Positions 1 through 14,700 of a stretch of 64,000 nucleotides of DNA are shown here, in pieces. The position numbers were made by a program, and so were the translations under genes. Position 1 is the stretch's first letter, and each line of letters opens with the position of its first letter. The stretch spans positions 14,880,001 through 14,944,000 of the forward strand of contig OX597816.1 in assembly GCA_951406725.2 (NCBI GenBank), given 5' to 3'. Below the pieces are notes generated by a model, which was given only the letters and a program-made list of their open reading frames with translations, was not told the DNA's origin and did not search any database. Source of the stretch: Octopus vulgaris (Eukaryota).

Positions 1-519
1 AATCTCTGCTAATAATGGTGATTGATGAAAAAGTAGGTAAGACTCTGCAGATATTTTTGTCTTCCTCTTTGTTATTTCATTTTTTTTTTTTGCAGCTGAG
101 AGGCAGAGTTCATTAATACAGCCTCATATTAACGAATACTTTCATCAGAGCAGACTATTCTTTCACATATATTGTTCTTCTACAATTTAATTTGCTCCAT
201 ATTATAAATCACTGCAATCGCAACATTTTTCTTTTTTTTTTTTTTATACTTCTCTATATTCTTATTTTTTTTATTATTCCAATGGCATTCTTCCATCACT
301 AATCAAATCCATTTTTATAAATTTGTTGCTTAATCTACAACATATTAAAACTATTCCTTTTTGAGACGTGTCCGCATGTAATGCTACTGATGCATAAAGA
401 AATGTAAGTCAAGTACATTGACATACATTTCTCTGAAACAGATATCCAATAATACACAAAAGATATTTCATTCACACCATGGAGCCATGTCTAATTGTTT
501 ACAAGATATCACATGCATA

Positions 520-930
520 ACTGTGTGGCTGAGAAGCTTGCTTTCCAACCATATCGTTTCGAGTTCAATCTCACTGCATGCCACTTAGGGAAAAACCTTC
601 TACTATAGCTCCTGTGGCTTAGTGGTTAGTAGGACTCATGATCATAAGGCTGTGGTTTCAATTCTTGGACCAGGTGACGTGTTGTGTTCTTGAGCAAAAT
701 ACTTCATTTCACGTTGCTCCGGTCCACTCGGCTGATGAAAATAAATAACCCTGTGAGGGACCAGTGACCCATCTGGGTGGGGAATTTATATGGCATGGGA
801 ACCAGCCCATATGATTCACCATGAATCAAGAAGGTAACCCTTACCTTTCTTTACTATAACTCCAGGCTAACCAAAGTCTTTCAAGTGGGGTTGGTAGATG
901 GAAACTGGAAGAAGCTTGCCATGTGTTGTA
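520..930 (+). mobile_element. Diverged SINE-A copy with a second tRNA-SINE fragment inserted
   Basis: Degenerate match to the SINE-A head and body seen at 21129. Confidence 0.6.
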
Positions 931-950
931 TGTATGTGTATATATATATA

Positions 951-1100
951 CAGATAAAGGATGAAATATAATTAATTTAATAAAATCAACAAATTTCACC
1001 AAGTAGTATTTCGGTATAGAAAAGGACCATATTCGGTAAAAGTTTATATAATTATAACTTGTTGCAATGACCCTCTTTGTTATAATTATATATATATATT
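951..1100 (-). mobile_element. (TA)n-flanked Penelope-like remnant with degenerate hammerhead-like motif
   Basis: Minus strand reads CCGAATA-T-GGT..ACC-GAAA-TAC; short terminal palindrome tataattataac..gttataattata. Confidence 0.35.
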
Positions 1101-1442
1101 TGTTTGTTTGTCATTTGACTGTGGCCATGCTGGAGCACTGCCTTTAGTTGAGCAAATCAACCCCAGAACTTATTCTCTGTAAACCTGGTACTTATTCTAC
1201 GTAAAAGTGAAAAATATATCTGGCTCTGAGGAAAATATTACCTTGCTTGGAAACAGGTGAGGGTGGGTGACAGGATGAGCAACCAGCTATAGAAAATCTA
1301 CCTAAATAAATTCCGTGTAACCCATGCAGGTAAGGAAAAGTGGACATTAAATGATGATCTGGAAGATGCTGATGATATGGATATGTATGTGTGTGTGTGT
1401 GTGTGTGCTTTGTTTTGACATCCTGTGATGGTTGTAGATGAG

Positions 1443-2048
1443 AAATACCTATTTCTTACTACCCACAAGGGGCTAAACACAGAGAGGACAAACAAGGACA
1501 GACAAACGGATTAAGTCGATTACATCGACCCCAGTGCGTAACTGGTACTTAATTTATCGACCCTGAAAGGATGAAAGGCAAAGTCAACCTCGGCGGAATT
1601 TGAACTCAGAAAGTAGCGGCAGACGAAATACCTATTTCTTTACTACCCATAAGGGGCTAAACACAGAGAGGACAAACAAGGACAGACAAACAGATTAAGT
1701 CGACTACATCGACCCCAGTGCGTAACTGGTACTTAATTTATCGACCCCGAAAGTATGAAAGGCAAAGTCAACCTCGGCAGAATTTGAACTCAGAACGTAG
1801 CAGCAGACGAAATACCTATTTCTTTACTATCCACAAGGGGCTAAACACAGAGGGGACAAACAAGGACAGACAAACGGATTAAGTCGAATACATCGACCCC
1901 CAGTGCGTAACTGGTACTTAATTTATCAACCTTGAAAGTATGAAAGGCAAAGTTGACCTTGGCGGAATTTGAACTCAGAACGTAGCAGCAGATGAAATAC
2001 GGCTAAGCATTTCGCCCGGCGTGCTAACGATTCTGCCAGTTCGCCGCT
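1443..2048 (-). mobile_element. SINE-B trimer (tRNA-like head plus GTCGACTTTGCCTTTCATCCTTTCGGGGTCGATAAATTAAGTACCAG core)
   Basis: Three ~183-bp units; target-site duplication tagatgagaaWtacc at ~1435 and ~2052. Confidence 0.9.
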
Positions 2049-2829
2049 TTTTAGATGAGAATTACCATCATACAACTGATGTCAGTCATTTCCAGACTTC
2101 CATGGAAAATATTACATTTTTCGGAAGCAGGTAAGGGTTGGGGACACGGAAGGCATTCAGCTGAAGAAAATCTGCTCCAACAAATTGTGTGACTCATGCA
2201 AGCATGGAAAAACAGATGTTAAATAGAGATGATGATAATCATAAAGATTCTGGAAGTTATGATTCATTTACATAAATTGATTGATAATCTATTATCAGAA
2301 TATTTCCAAGTGAACTTGTATTTATTATGGACATTGAGTAAAAAAATTTGCATATCATTTCTTTCTTTTTTTCACATGTTGACCTGTTGACCTTTATAAA
2401 GATATTAACTGTTCATTAAATAAACAACCACATGACAATCTCAGTTTGCATATAATCATGAAATTTATCATTACTATTATATGAACCCATTAACCTTTTC
2501 ACATTGAAAATGAACTGGGGGTATTTGTAATTTCGTAAAATGTCACGGACAAGAAAAAATAAATACGCAACACAGCAAAAAGGCTTAGCGAGTTTAGTTA
2601 GCAGCAACTGGGTCTAAATAACATTTGGTTATTATCATCATCCATAGCTAACTAACATTGGAGTGAAAACAGCTTAGAGTAAAAAAATGAATTACAATAG
2701 CTGATATTTACAAATCTTGCTGGGAAGATAATTAAAGATAACCAATGATTTACTTATAAATGTTAGATATAGTGTAGATTAAGAAACTGAAGATTTGTTT
2801 TTTTAAGAAAGATTATATCTGAGTGAAGA

Positions 2830-3445
2830 TGAATATGTTGATTGCTGCTGTATTTCATCATTCAGGAACACCTTCTTTCCGACAATGTGTGATCGTAATA
2901 CATTTGGTTATTGATGTAAAGAATGAGGCACTCATGTTTCAACCTGATGGTATCACTTCAATCAAAGCTACACCCAGATCAATGATCTACACAAGAGTGA
3001 TGGTTCATTTTTATAAAAGTCAGTAAGCAAATTATTTGTTGATAACTACTAAATGGATAAATAAATTATTATGTGCAGAAAGAAAAGTGGGGATCAAACT
3101 GAGGGTATACACATCCATTTTTAATAAATTCCAGAACATGAAAATGTTAATTGTTGTATTTGATCATCAGAAAACACCTCCTTTCAGGTAATGCCTGCTG
3201 ACAACACTATCAAGTCACCAACGTAAGGAAACCTTCAGATACTGGTGTTTCAACCTGGTTGTGTCCCATCAGTCAAAGTTACATCCAGATCAACGATTTT
3301 AAACAAGAGTTAGGTTCTTGTTTAAAGAAATCAGCAAACCAATTATTTGCTGATGTCAGTCAGACCAATAATAAATTATCCTGGGCACAGAGAGTAATGA
3401 GAATCTAAACAATCACATATTCATACTTAATATGTTTCGGCAGAT
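2830..3445. repeat. Old diverged tandem duplication, ~310-bp unit x2
   Basis: Anchors gtttcaacctg (~2937, ~3247), caaagYtacaYccagatcaa and aattatttgYtgat recur at ~310-bp spacing. Confidence 0.7.
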
Positions 3446-3547
3446 TTTAACGAGAATTGTTAAATGATGTTTTGTTGTTGTATTTCAACAAAATACAGCA
3501 GTCATCATCATGATCATTTAATGTCCGTTGTCCATGCTGACATGGAT

Positions 3548-3730
3548 TGGACAATTTTTCCTTTGATAAAGGTAGCTTTTGCACATTTATTGAGGCCAAA
3601 TTGCATTCTGGTGCCATCACTGAATTGTTTAACAATCACTAGTAAGCCCTTGAGTTGTTGGTCATTTTTTGCAAAGAGCTTTAAATCATCCATGTAAATG
3701 AGATGATTTATATTTTTATCAAACATTTTA
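3548..3730 (-). mobile_element. Non-LTR retrotransposon reverse transcriptase fragment (R4/Dong-like)
   Basis: INHLIYMDDLKLFAKND...MQFGLNKCAKATF contains the YMDD catalytic motif. Confidence 0.85.
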
Positions 3731-4061
3731 TAAATGTCCCTGTGCCAGAGGTACGTAAAAAGCACCCACTACACTCTTGGAGTGGTTGGCGTTAGGAAGG
3801 GCATCCAGCTGTGGAAACACTGCCAGATCAGATTGGAGCCTAGTGCAGCCTCCTGGCTTGCCAGTCCCCAGTCAAACCATCCAACCCATGCCAGCATGAA
3901 AACGAACATTAAATGATGATGACGTAAGTGCAACAGAGTTCAAGGTCAAACTGTGCCAAACAGTTTCACTCTACATACTTTAGCCCCGTTACCATAGCAA
4001 CAGACCCACTACTTTTTGTTCAAACTTTGTATCTTTTAATCTTCAAAGTCCTGCCACTTAC

Positions 4062-4199
4062 CTTAGAACAGTCTTGGACAAGCATCACTTGACACACTTC
4101 ACATTTAAGTAGAGCCAGAGTATGCATCATGATTTTGTGGATTAAATTGGCCACAGTATGTTGGTCCTCAAATATTACCCGTGCAAGATCAAGAAGAAC
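4062..4199 (-). CDS. PDE11: PDE exon: start of GAF-B
   Basis: TTTCAG acceptor, GTAAGT donor, 138 nt, phase 0. Encodes VLLDLARVIFEDQHTVANLIHKIMMHTLALLKCEVCQVMLVQDCSK, the expected continuation after ...ENRRNQ. Confidence 0.92.
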
Positions 4200-4257
4200 C
4201 TGAAATAAATATAAAATATCAATTATTATTATCATCATCATTATTATTAATATATCA

Positions 4258-4470
4258 AGGCTGCGAACTGGCAGAATCATTAGCATGCCGGGCAAAATGC
4301 TTAGTGGTGTTTCATCTGTCTTTATGTTCTGAGTTCAAATTCCACCGAAGTCAACTTTGCTTTTCATCCTTTCGGAGTTGATAAATTAAGTACCAGTTGT
4401 GTACTGGGATCAATCTAATCAGCTGGCCCCCTCCCCCAAAATATCCTGCCTTGTGCCTAGAGTAGAAAAG
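4258..4470 (+). mobile_element. SINE-B copy ~60 bp from the PDE exon acceptor
   Basis: Matches SINE-B head and core; flanked by (TAT)n. Confidence 0.85.
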
Positions 4471-4504
<34 letters not shown>

Positions 4505-5273
4505 CAAGGCAGTATATATTATTATTATATCAAGGCCTTGGTTGGCACAGGGCTATAGTAGAAGACACCTGCCCAAGGTTCCACACAGTGGGACTGAACT
4601 GAAGACCACATGGTTGGGAAGCAAACTTAATCACAGAGCCTCATCTATAACAGTGGGATATATCACAGATGGAACACATTTAATCATAATTCTGCTCAAT
4701 CAGGGATGACCTGGAGCTATACAACACCACTAATAAACAGTGAACCCTTAAGGGGACATTCTCATTTACTGCCTTCCTTAAACCAAAAATCAACAAGGCA
4801 TCAGATAAGATGCTATAAGAAATATTCTTATTTTTGAAGTCACTCCTCTGATTGGTAGATGCCAAATTCATTGCCATAGAAACAAACAAAAAAAAAAAGA
4901 AAACGAAGAAAAAAGTTGAATTAACTTTCACTTCCAATTTGTTTCTCACTAATTAATTGGGCTATAATTATTGGCACATTGACAAAATAACAAATACTGA
5001 TGGCAATTAGGCAGAGGAGTAGTATAGAAGTTCCTCTGGTTTTAACTTCTTGAAACATGTAATTCCGCACACTGGCAGGATTCTTGAGATGAAATGGTAG
5101 ACACCTCTCACTTGCAAGGTTTTCTTCACATTCCATATAAAAGAAAAAAAATATACAAATAATTCTATTTATTTATTACCCTTTAGCTTAATAGCCACCT
5201 TCACATGATTAGCAAATATTGCTAGGAGTTTGGTTTAACATGCCAAGACAGATGCTATTGCTGCTGCTGCTGC

Positions 5274-5308
<35 letters not shown>

Positions 5309-6199
5309 TGCCCTGATACAGTACCAAACAGTCACCCTCATGGCTTCAGATCTTAACTGATTGGAAGTGTTTTCATGTACATTGTTTGTCTTGGTGTAAA
5401 AGATGGGATACAACAAATATTCTGCTCAATACCACAGATTTGCTTGTCAGCTGTTTGACCTTAACCAGTTGAGCATGTCCCTTAGTGGCTGATGATATGT
5501 GCATCTCTGATCATGAGCAGAAGTAGTGGGGGAGCATCATAGCCATGTGTTCAGAGGGATTCTTTGGGGTTTGAATAATTCACCTCTGGAAACATAGGTG
5601 TTCCATTCAACATCTTTAAATAACCCTTATTCAGGGACCTTTTGAGTGGGATGGGTTATTCGACCGAAGAAAATTCTAACTGGGCCCCACCTGCAAGGTC
5701 ATGTGCTATTTATCTTGATATGCGATCACCATGTCGTGCACATATGGTTGTGATGCATGTGCCTAGTGAACCCTTATTAGATGGGTAGTCATGATGGGTA
5801 TACTGGGCTTCGTATACTGGGCTTTAAAATGACAGGAGAGGCCAGAAATGGCCAGTTTGAACATAAAGCAATTAGAATATTTTGACCAGAAAAGGCCAGT
5901 ATAAATGCTAAAAGGTTAATATACAATACACTCACTCTCTATCTATCTCTATGCATGTGTACATATATTTGAAGGGCAAATCATTTAGTTTCTGTCTGCT
6001 ATTGATCAGCTCAAGACTACAGTTGGAGTCACTTGCCCAATGTACCAGGTAGTGGGACTGAACCTGAAACTATGTGGTTAAGAGGCCAAGTTCTTAACCA
6101 CACAGCCACATTAATCCTGTCATACCACATTCCTGCTATAGTGAGAATAGGTTAAACATTGTCCCTGTTGGATTCCCAATAAAAAGGTAGTCAACAATA

Positions 6200-6625
6200 C
6201 ATCATCATCATCATCGTTTAACGTCCATTTTCCATGCTGGCATGGGTTGGACGGTTCGACTGGGGTCTGGAAAGCCAGCAGGCTGCACCAAGCTCCAGTC
6301 TGATCTGGCAGTATTTCTACAGCTGGGAGCCCTTCCTAACACCAACCACTCCGTGAGTGTAGTAGGTGCTTTTTACGTGCCACCAGCACAGGGGCCAGGG
6401 GAGGCTGGCAACGTCCACAATCAGTTGGTGCTTTTTAGGTGCCACAGGCACAGGGACGGCTGGCAATGGCCACAATCAGTTGGTGCTTTTTACATGCCAC
6501 TGGCACAGAAGCCAGTCAAGGTGGCACCGGCATCAGCCATATTCAGATGGTGCTTTTTACGTGCCACCAGCATGGATATCACAACTACAATTTCCATTTG
6601 ATTTTTATTTTGATGTACTTGACTC
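6200..6625 (-). mobile_element. SINE-C (RTE-associated type, (GAT)n tail, internal GTGCTTTTTACGTGCCACC repeats)
   Basis: Same family at 3737-3923, 23660-23860, 27645-27912, 28487-28745, 29432-29690, 33908-34237, 46744-46975, 57241-57590, 60802-61037. Confidence 0.8.
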
Positions 6626-6922
6626 AGGAAAAAAAGATGCAGTTGGTTCTGTCCATTAGTTCACTTGCAATCATTACTCTTGAGCTGTAAATGCAACTAT
6701 TCCATGTTTTTGATCAGGAGCCCAGCTGTGCCTATTAAGCATTCCTGATATATATATATATACATATATATATATAATGCATGTATGTATGTAAGCATAT
6801 ATACAACTATATATGTGTGCATGTGCATGTTTAGATATATGCAAATATAGGTGTCAGTGTATATGTGCATTTGTGTGTATCTATGCAGATGCAACCAAAT
6901 GAGCAGTGCAACAACACAGCAC

Positions 6923-8066
<1,144 letters not shown>

Positions 8067-8519
8067 ACAATAAAAAAAATCTGGAAATATCACTCAAATC
8101 ATGGCCCCCATCACTCGTGTAATTTGAAGACACTCCAAGAATTGATAATGTCTTCAAATCAGGTTTAAATGTTTAGCAAAACTACTTGAAACGGTTGCAT
8201 CAACATAGAAGGAATTTCTAAGGAATCCAAAATCAGCACACAGCTAGTTACAAGAGAGGAATTCAATAATAATTTGCCAAAAAGAAAAATGTCAGGGACT
8301 CCAAAAATGAAGGAAAAATGTCGGTTTCCCAATAATATGTGAATCTATGACATTTCAGTTCTCTAACAAGCTGCTTGTTCATCTGAGAAATTTATAATTT
8401 GCCAGAGGGGCAGAAACAGAAATGGCATTCAGGGGACATTTAAAGATTGGTAAACTGAAGAGTTACCAATGGCAAAAAGTTTTGAAAAGCCATAATAATA
8501 ATAATAATAATAATAATAA

Positions 8520-9058
8520 TCCCTTCTACTATAGGCACAAGGCCTGAATTTTTGGGGAGAGGGGATTAATTGGTTACATCAACACCAGTGTTTCACTGGT
8601 ACTTAATTTATTGACCATGAAAGGATGAAAGGCAAAATCAACCTCAGTGGAATTTGAACTCAAAACGTAAAGATGGGCGAAATGCCATGAAGTATATTGC
8701 CAGACATGCTAACAATTCTGCCACTACGCCGCCTTATATAATAATCCTTTCTACTATAGGCGCAAGGCGTGAAATTTTGGAGAAGGGGACTAGTTGATTA
8801 CATCAACCCCAGGATGAAATGCAAAGTTGACCCCAGCAGCATTTGAACTCAGAATGTTAAGACAGACGAAATACCACTAAGCATTTTGCCCAGCATGTTA
8901 AAAACTCTGCCAGCTTGTGACCTTAATAATAATAATAATAGTTTCAAAGTTTTGGCACACAGCCGGCAAATTTGGGGAAGAGGATAAGTTGACTACATTG
9001 ATCTGCAATCCTCAACTGGTACTTATTTTGAGATAGAAAGGATGAAAGTCAAGGTCAA
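8520..9058 (-). mobile_element. Cluster of diverged SINE-B copies
   Basis: Repeated aggatgaaaggcaaa..gaatttgaactca core. Confidence 0.75.
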
Positions 9059-9495
9059 CCGGTTTCAGCCATTGAGACATTTTCAACTGTAAGTATGGAA
9101 AACAATTAAATTTTGGAAAAATTAAAAGAAATGCTTTTTTCAAAGAATATTTGTATAGTATTCAAATACAAGGGACATTTTCCTTGTTTCTGCCTGTCTC
9201 TGACTCTCTTGTTCACTCTTGTGGGTTCAAGGTTGTTGTGAATTATTGATAGGGAAGAATTCACAACGACCTCGAACCCACAAGAGTAAACAAGAGAGAC
9301 AGACAGGCAGAAACAAGGAAAATGCCCCTTGTATTTGAATACTATGCAAATATTCTTTGAAAAACACTTGTCTTTTAATTTTTCCAAAATTTTATTGTTT
9401 TCCATTCTTACAGTTGAAAAAGTCTCAATGACTGAAACCGGTACTGAAATTTTTTTTATAAAATTATTTTAGCATTTTCTATCTTGACTTTTTTT

Positions 9496-9500
<5 letters not shown>
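9059..9500. mobile_element. Palindromic Penelope-like element, ~185-bp arms, with hammerhead-like motif
   Basis: Arms ~9059-9244 and ~9257-9441 are inverted. Motif CAG-TTGAAAA-AGTC tcaat GACT-GAAA-CCGG-TA-CTG at 9411-9446. Ends at (TA)n. Confidence 0.7.
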
Positions 9501-9557
<57 letters not shown>

Positions 9558-9562
<5 letters not shown>

Positions 9563-10293
9563 TGGTCTGATCAATAAATATCTGGACTGTTGCCATAGTA
9601 ATGAAACTAAAGCATACAGTGAAGTCGCTTAGCACAGGTTGATCTTGAACTCTGCCGTGCATGCGCACTAAGTTTTAACATTCTAGCTCACTTCTGCTGT
9701 TTGCAGCAGTGCTTGGTAGGAAGGTGTGTAGCATGTGATCATCGCATTGACCATGACAGAGGGAGTTGAGCAGAGAATCTGCATCAAATTTTCCCAAAAG
9801 CTTGGCAATACCTGCTCGGAAGTCTCGACAAAGTTTTAAACATTCTCGACACAATCAAGGAGATCTTTTTGGTCAGCTGATTATACAGTTTTGGCACAAA
9901 CTTGGCAGACACATGTCTCATATCTAAACCTTCAGTGATAATGGACTGAACTGACCCATAACTTAATCTGCACATTCTGTGATTAACTCATGGATAGTAA
10001 TTCAATGATTTACCCTCACAGTTGCAATGTTTTTCTCAGCTCTGCTAATTGCATGTTTCCAGAATGTTTGTCAATATCGATATTTTGTTGACTATCCTGG
10101 AAATGTCTGAATAACTCATAGACTTGTGTGTGGCTCATACACTCCTCTCCATACTCTTTCTGCAATTTTGTGTCGGCCTCCATGACAACTTTCTCTCACA
10201 TGGTCAATGTGATAATCACTTGTTACACACTTTCATGCTTTAGATTCATTACTATGGCAACAGTCCGGATACTTATTGATCAGACCTCATATA
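9558..10293. mobile_element. Mariner-derived foldback element built from two 5' halves
   Basis: TIRs ggtctgatcaataa..ggactgttgccatagtaa at both ends. + strand MTEGVEQRICIKF; - strand decayed HTH to ..LDMRHVSAKFVPK (mariner WVP-type linker). Confidence 0.85.
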
Positions 10294-11059
10294 AAGTATA
10301 TGCCTATGTTTGTGTGTGAGCGAAGAAGCATGCATGTAAATATGAATTCCTCACATCACATGGAAAGTGACTTAGGTACACGGAGTAATATTAGTTGAGA
10401 TTTCCTGTCTATAAAATGCTTCTCTGCTTCTTCTTTCAAAGACATGAGGATAAAATTATTCCTAACTTGAAAAACGAGTAAGGGTTGTTGACAGGAAAGG
10501 CATCCAGCTACTAAATAACATCAACAGAATGTATTCCTCCATAGAAAAACTGATATTAAATGAAAGAAGGGTGTGTGTGTATGTCTGTGTATCTGTGCAT
10601 GAGAGTCTGTATGAATGTGTGTGTGTGTGTGTGCGTGTGTGTATGCATACATGTATCTGTGTGCATGTGTGTGAATAAGCCTCTATTTCAACACATCTTT
10701 GCAATGACATCATTCGGTCGATAGTGGCATATCTGTTTTCTTGTTTCTGATGTATAAACACTCCTGAAATATAAATACCTTCCTTAGAAAACAGGAAAAG
10801 GTTGGCAACAGGAAATGCATCCAGTCATAGAATATCGTCTCCATAAATCTAATCAAACTAATATGAGCATGGTGAAACAGCATATGCAAAAACGACAACG
10901 CAGATCATCATCCTTGTCAGCATCACCATCATTCGGGGCATAGCTATAGCTATTGGATAACATGGCAATATTTTCACTTGAAAACCGAGAAAATCCAATG
11001 ATACGAAACTGGCTCATCTCTTTAAAGTCAATAACATCAGACATGATTTAGTTCACTAC

Positions 11060-11222
11060 ATATACATACAGATCTATATACATATATACAGATCTATATA
11101 AATGTACTGTAAACACACACACACACACACACACATAGAATGTAGCTTATACATACATATACATATATTTATATATATGTAATTTATATATATATATATA
11201 CATATTTACATATATGTAATTT

Positions 11223-11265
<43 letters not shown>

Positions 11266-11355
11266 CACTCACACATATATGCAGCTTATGCATAATTATA
11301 TTTATATATATGTAGTTTATACATACATATACACACACACATACACACCCAAGTG

Positions 11356-11395
<40 letters not shown>

Positions 11396-11636
11396 TATAT
11401 AAAACTATGTATATGTAAGTGCATATATACATTCCAAATAAATAAAATTTGGCTTTGTGCATACAAAACACATCAATATCTTACCCCCTTCTAAGTATCA
11501 GGCAAGAGATATTTACTCAAACATAAAAAACAAAAAAAAAGAAACACAGGAATAGCCAATTCTTCAGTAGTCTTACCTTTTGATGTGATCTCTCGTTAGT
11601 AATAAAATTTGTGATCTATATATATATACATACATA

Positions 11637-11684
<48 letters not shown>

Positions 11685-12277
11685 TATATACACACATACA
11701 TACATATATATATATACACATACATACATACATATATATATATACACATACATACATATATATACATATATACACATACATATATATATATACATATATA
11801 CACATACATACACATATATATACATATATACACATACATACACATATATATACATATATACACATATATATATACATATATACACATACATACACATATA
11901 TATACATATATACACATACATACATACATATATATACATATATACACATACATATACATATATACACATACATATACATATATACACATACATATACATA
12001 TACATATATACACATACATATACATATACATATATACACATACATACACACATATATATATATACATATATACACATACGTACATATATATATATATATA
12101 TATAAACACATACATATACATATACATATATACACATACATATACATATACATATATACACATACATACACATATATACACATACATACACATATATATA
12201 TATATACATATATACACATACGTACATATATATATATACATATATACACATACATACATATATATATACATATATAC

Positions 12278-12308
<31 letters not shown>

Positions 12309-12480
12309 CATATATACACATACATATATACACATACATATATATACATATATACACATACATACACACATGTATATACATACACTCACATAAATACGTA
12401 TACACATGCACTCACACGCATATATATATACACACACACACCTGTATATGTACAGACACATATATATATACACACACACA
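11060..12480. repeat. Compound (TA/CA/TACA)n low-complexity arrays
   Basis: Directly visible; source of the spurious Y/I/V/C/M-rich ORFs. Confidence 0.97.
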
Positions 12481-13034
12481 TTGCACACATGTTGCCATCA
12501 TAAACTTTTGTTTCGTTTTCCCTTTTCTTACAGCCAATATTCCTTGTTAGCATGTAGAATACCATTTCTCCACCCACCCACCCCCACCGCACTTGTCTTC
12601 TCTCTTTCTCTTTTCCTCTCTCTCTCTCTTTCTCTGTTGGAATAACAAGTATTTAACAGCTGGGTACTACTCCAAAGAGGAATCGTACTAAGTATTTGTA
12701 TTCAACTTCACTGGTTTGGCATTATTATTATTACTATTATTATTATCATTATTATTATTACTATTATTATTATTATTATCATTATTATTATTATTATTAT
12801 TATCATCATCACTATCATCATCATCATCATCGTTGTTGTTTTCCAGGTAACATGACTGAGTGGATCTATTTATGGTCTGGTTTAGCATATGAAACTACCA
12901 GCTCTTAATCACTACTTTCACTATTCGTCAAGTACTTAGCCAAAATTTACAGAAAAAAAAAAAAATTTTTTTTAAAAAAACAAAAAAGCACCAAACACAC
13001 AAACAAAAAAAATCAACTAAAAGACAACACAAAC

Positions 13035-13124
13035 CTGGTTTCGTCTGTTTTCCAGCAGTGATTTCTCATATTGTTGAGCATTCTTTAAACCAATTCCACA
13101 GAAAGCCAAATAAAACGTAAATAT
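13035..13124 (-). CDS. PDE11: PDE exon: end of GAF-A and linker helix (absent from ORF track)
   Basis: TTTTCAG acceptor, GTTTGT donor, 90 nt, phase 0. Encodes [30 protein letters not shown], matching the PDE5/11 motif YLAFCGI.L.NAQ.YE.SLLEN.RNQ. Confidence 0.93.
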
Positions 13125-13397
13125 CTGAAAATTAAAATAAAATTTGGATAAGATACTAATTAAAACTGTATCAGTTTTATGAAGTTTAAACCTGTAGCAT
13201 TTAAACTGGTCATATCCAGCCCAAATATTCTACCAGTTTTATGTTCAGCTATATTTGACATCTCACACCTACCCTACAATGTCATTCTAAAAATAAACAA
13301 TCATATTATCAAAATCTAAAATCTATGAGATAATGTATGATTAATTCATAACAATTTGAATAAATATTGCATTTGAGACAATAATTTGAATGCTAAA

Positions 13398-14110
13398 GAC
13401 AGCGAGCTGGCAGAATCGTTAGCAGGCCGGGCGAAATGCTTTGCGGTATTTCTTCTGCTGCTACTTTCTGAGTTCAAATTCCGCTGAGGTTGACTTTGCC
13501 TTTCATCCTTTCGGGGTCGATTAAATAAATACCAGTTATGCACTGGGGTCGATGTAATCGACTTAATCCATTTGTCTGTCCTTGTTTGTCCCCTCTGTGT
13601 TTAGGCCCTTGTGGGTAGTAAAGAAATAGAAATAGGTATTTCATCTGTCTTTACGTTCTGAGTTTAAATGCCACCAAGGTCGACTTTGCCTTTTGTCCTT
13701 TCGGGGTCAATAAATTAAGTACCAGTTGTGTACTGGGGTAGATCTAATCGACTGGCCCCCTCCCCAAAAATTTCAGGCCTTGTGCCTAGAGCAGAAAAGA
13801 AACGTTAGCACAATGGGCGAAATGCTATGTGGTATTTCGTGTCTTTACGTTCTGAGTTCAAATCCCACCAAGGTCGACTTTGCCTTTTGTCCTTTTGGGG
13901 TCAATTAAGTACCAGTTGCATACTGGAGTCGATCTAATCAACTGTCACCCCTCCCCACTCGCCAAAAATTTCAGGCCTTGCGTTCAAATTCCACCAAGGT
14001 TGACTTTGCCTTTTGGGGTCAATAAACTAAGTACCAGTTGTGTACTGGGGCTGATCTAATCGACTGGAGCCTCCCCAAAAATTTTGGGCCTTATGTCTAG
14101 AATAGAAAAA
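13398..14110 (+). mobile_element. SINE-B multimer cluster
   Basis: About four core units; aaatag|gtattt junction near 13635. Confidence 0.85.
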
Positions 14111-14209
14111 AATTTGAATGTTAAGGGGTAAACCAACAAAAGAAATATGTTGTTGAATGCTGCCAGGGAAGGCATTCACACAACACACTGTATTATATAT
14201 CTTTTCCTT

Positions 14210-14461
14210 TTATTCTTTTATTTGTTTCAGCCATCTGACTGCAGCCATGCTGGAGCACCACCTTTAGTCGAATAAATCGCCCCCAGAACTTAGTCTAACA
14301 GTCTCTTTTGCTGAACCGCTAAGTTACAGGTACGTAAACAGACCAACTATCAGAAGGAAAAGAGTAGTTGTTTTATGTTTGAAGCATAGCTCTTCTTCGA
14401 AAACAGTAAAGGAAGGAAAGAAACAATTGCCAATAATTCATGTGCAGTTGCAGTTTTGAAA

Positions 14462-14549
<88 letters not shown>

Positions 14550-14700
14550 ATACACACACACAGTGAGCTTCTTTCACTTTCCATCTATTAAACCCGCTCA
14601 CAACGCTTTGGTCAGCCCAGGGCTGTATTAGAAGACACTTGTCCAAGGTACCATGTTGTTGGGAAATAAACTTCTTACCATTTAGGTATTCCTACACCTA
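14210..14700 (-). mobile_element. Disrupted SINE-A copy with (TG)n
   Basis: SINE-A tail and body in reverse orientation. Confidence 0.65.

Noticed and set aside
1-4061. Next downstream PDE exon (GAF-B body)
   Set aside because: No recognisable candidate by eye; probably outside the window, though a short exon could have been missed.
11573-12488. Long Y/I/V/C/M-rich ORFs (also 17216-17707, 53211-53783)
   Set aside because: Translations of dinucleotide microsatellites.
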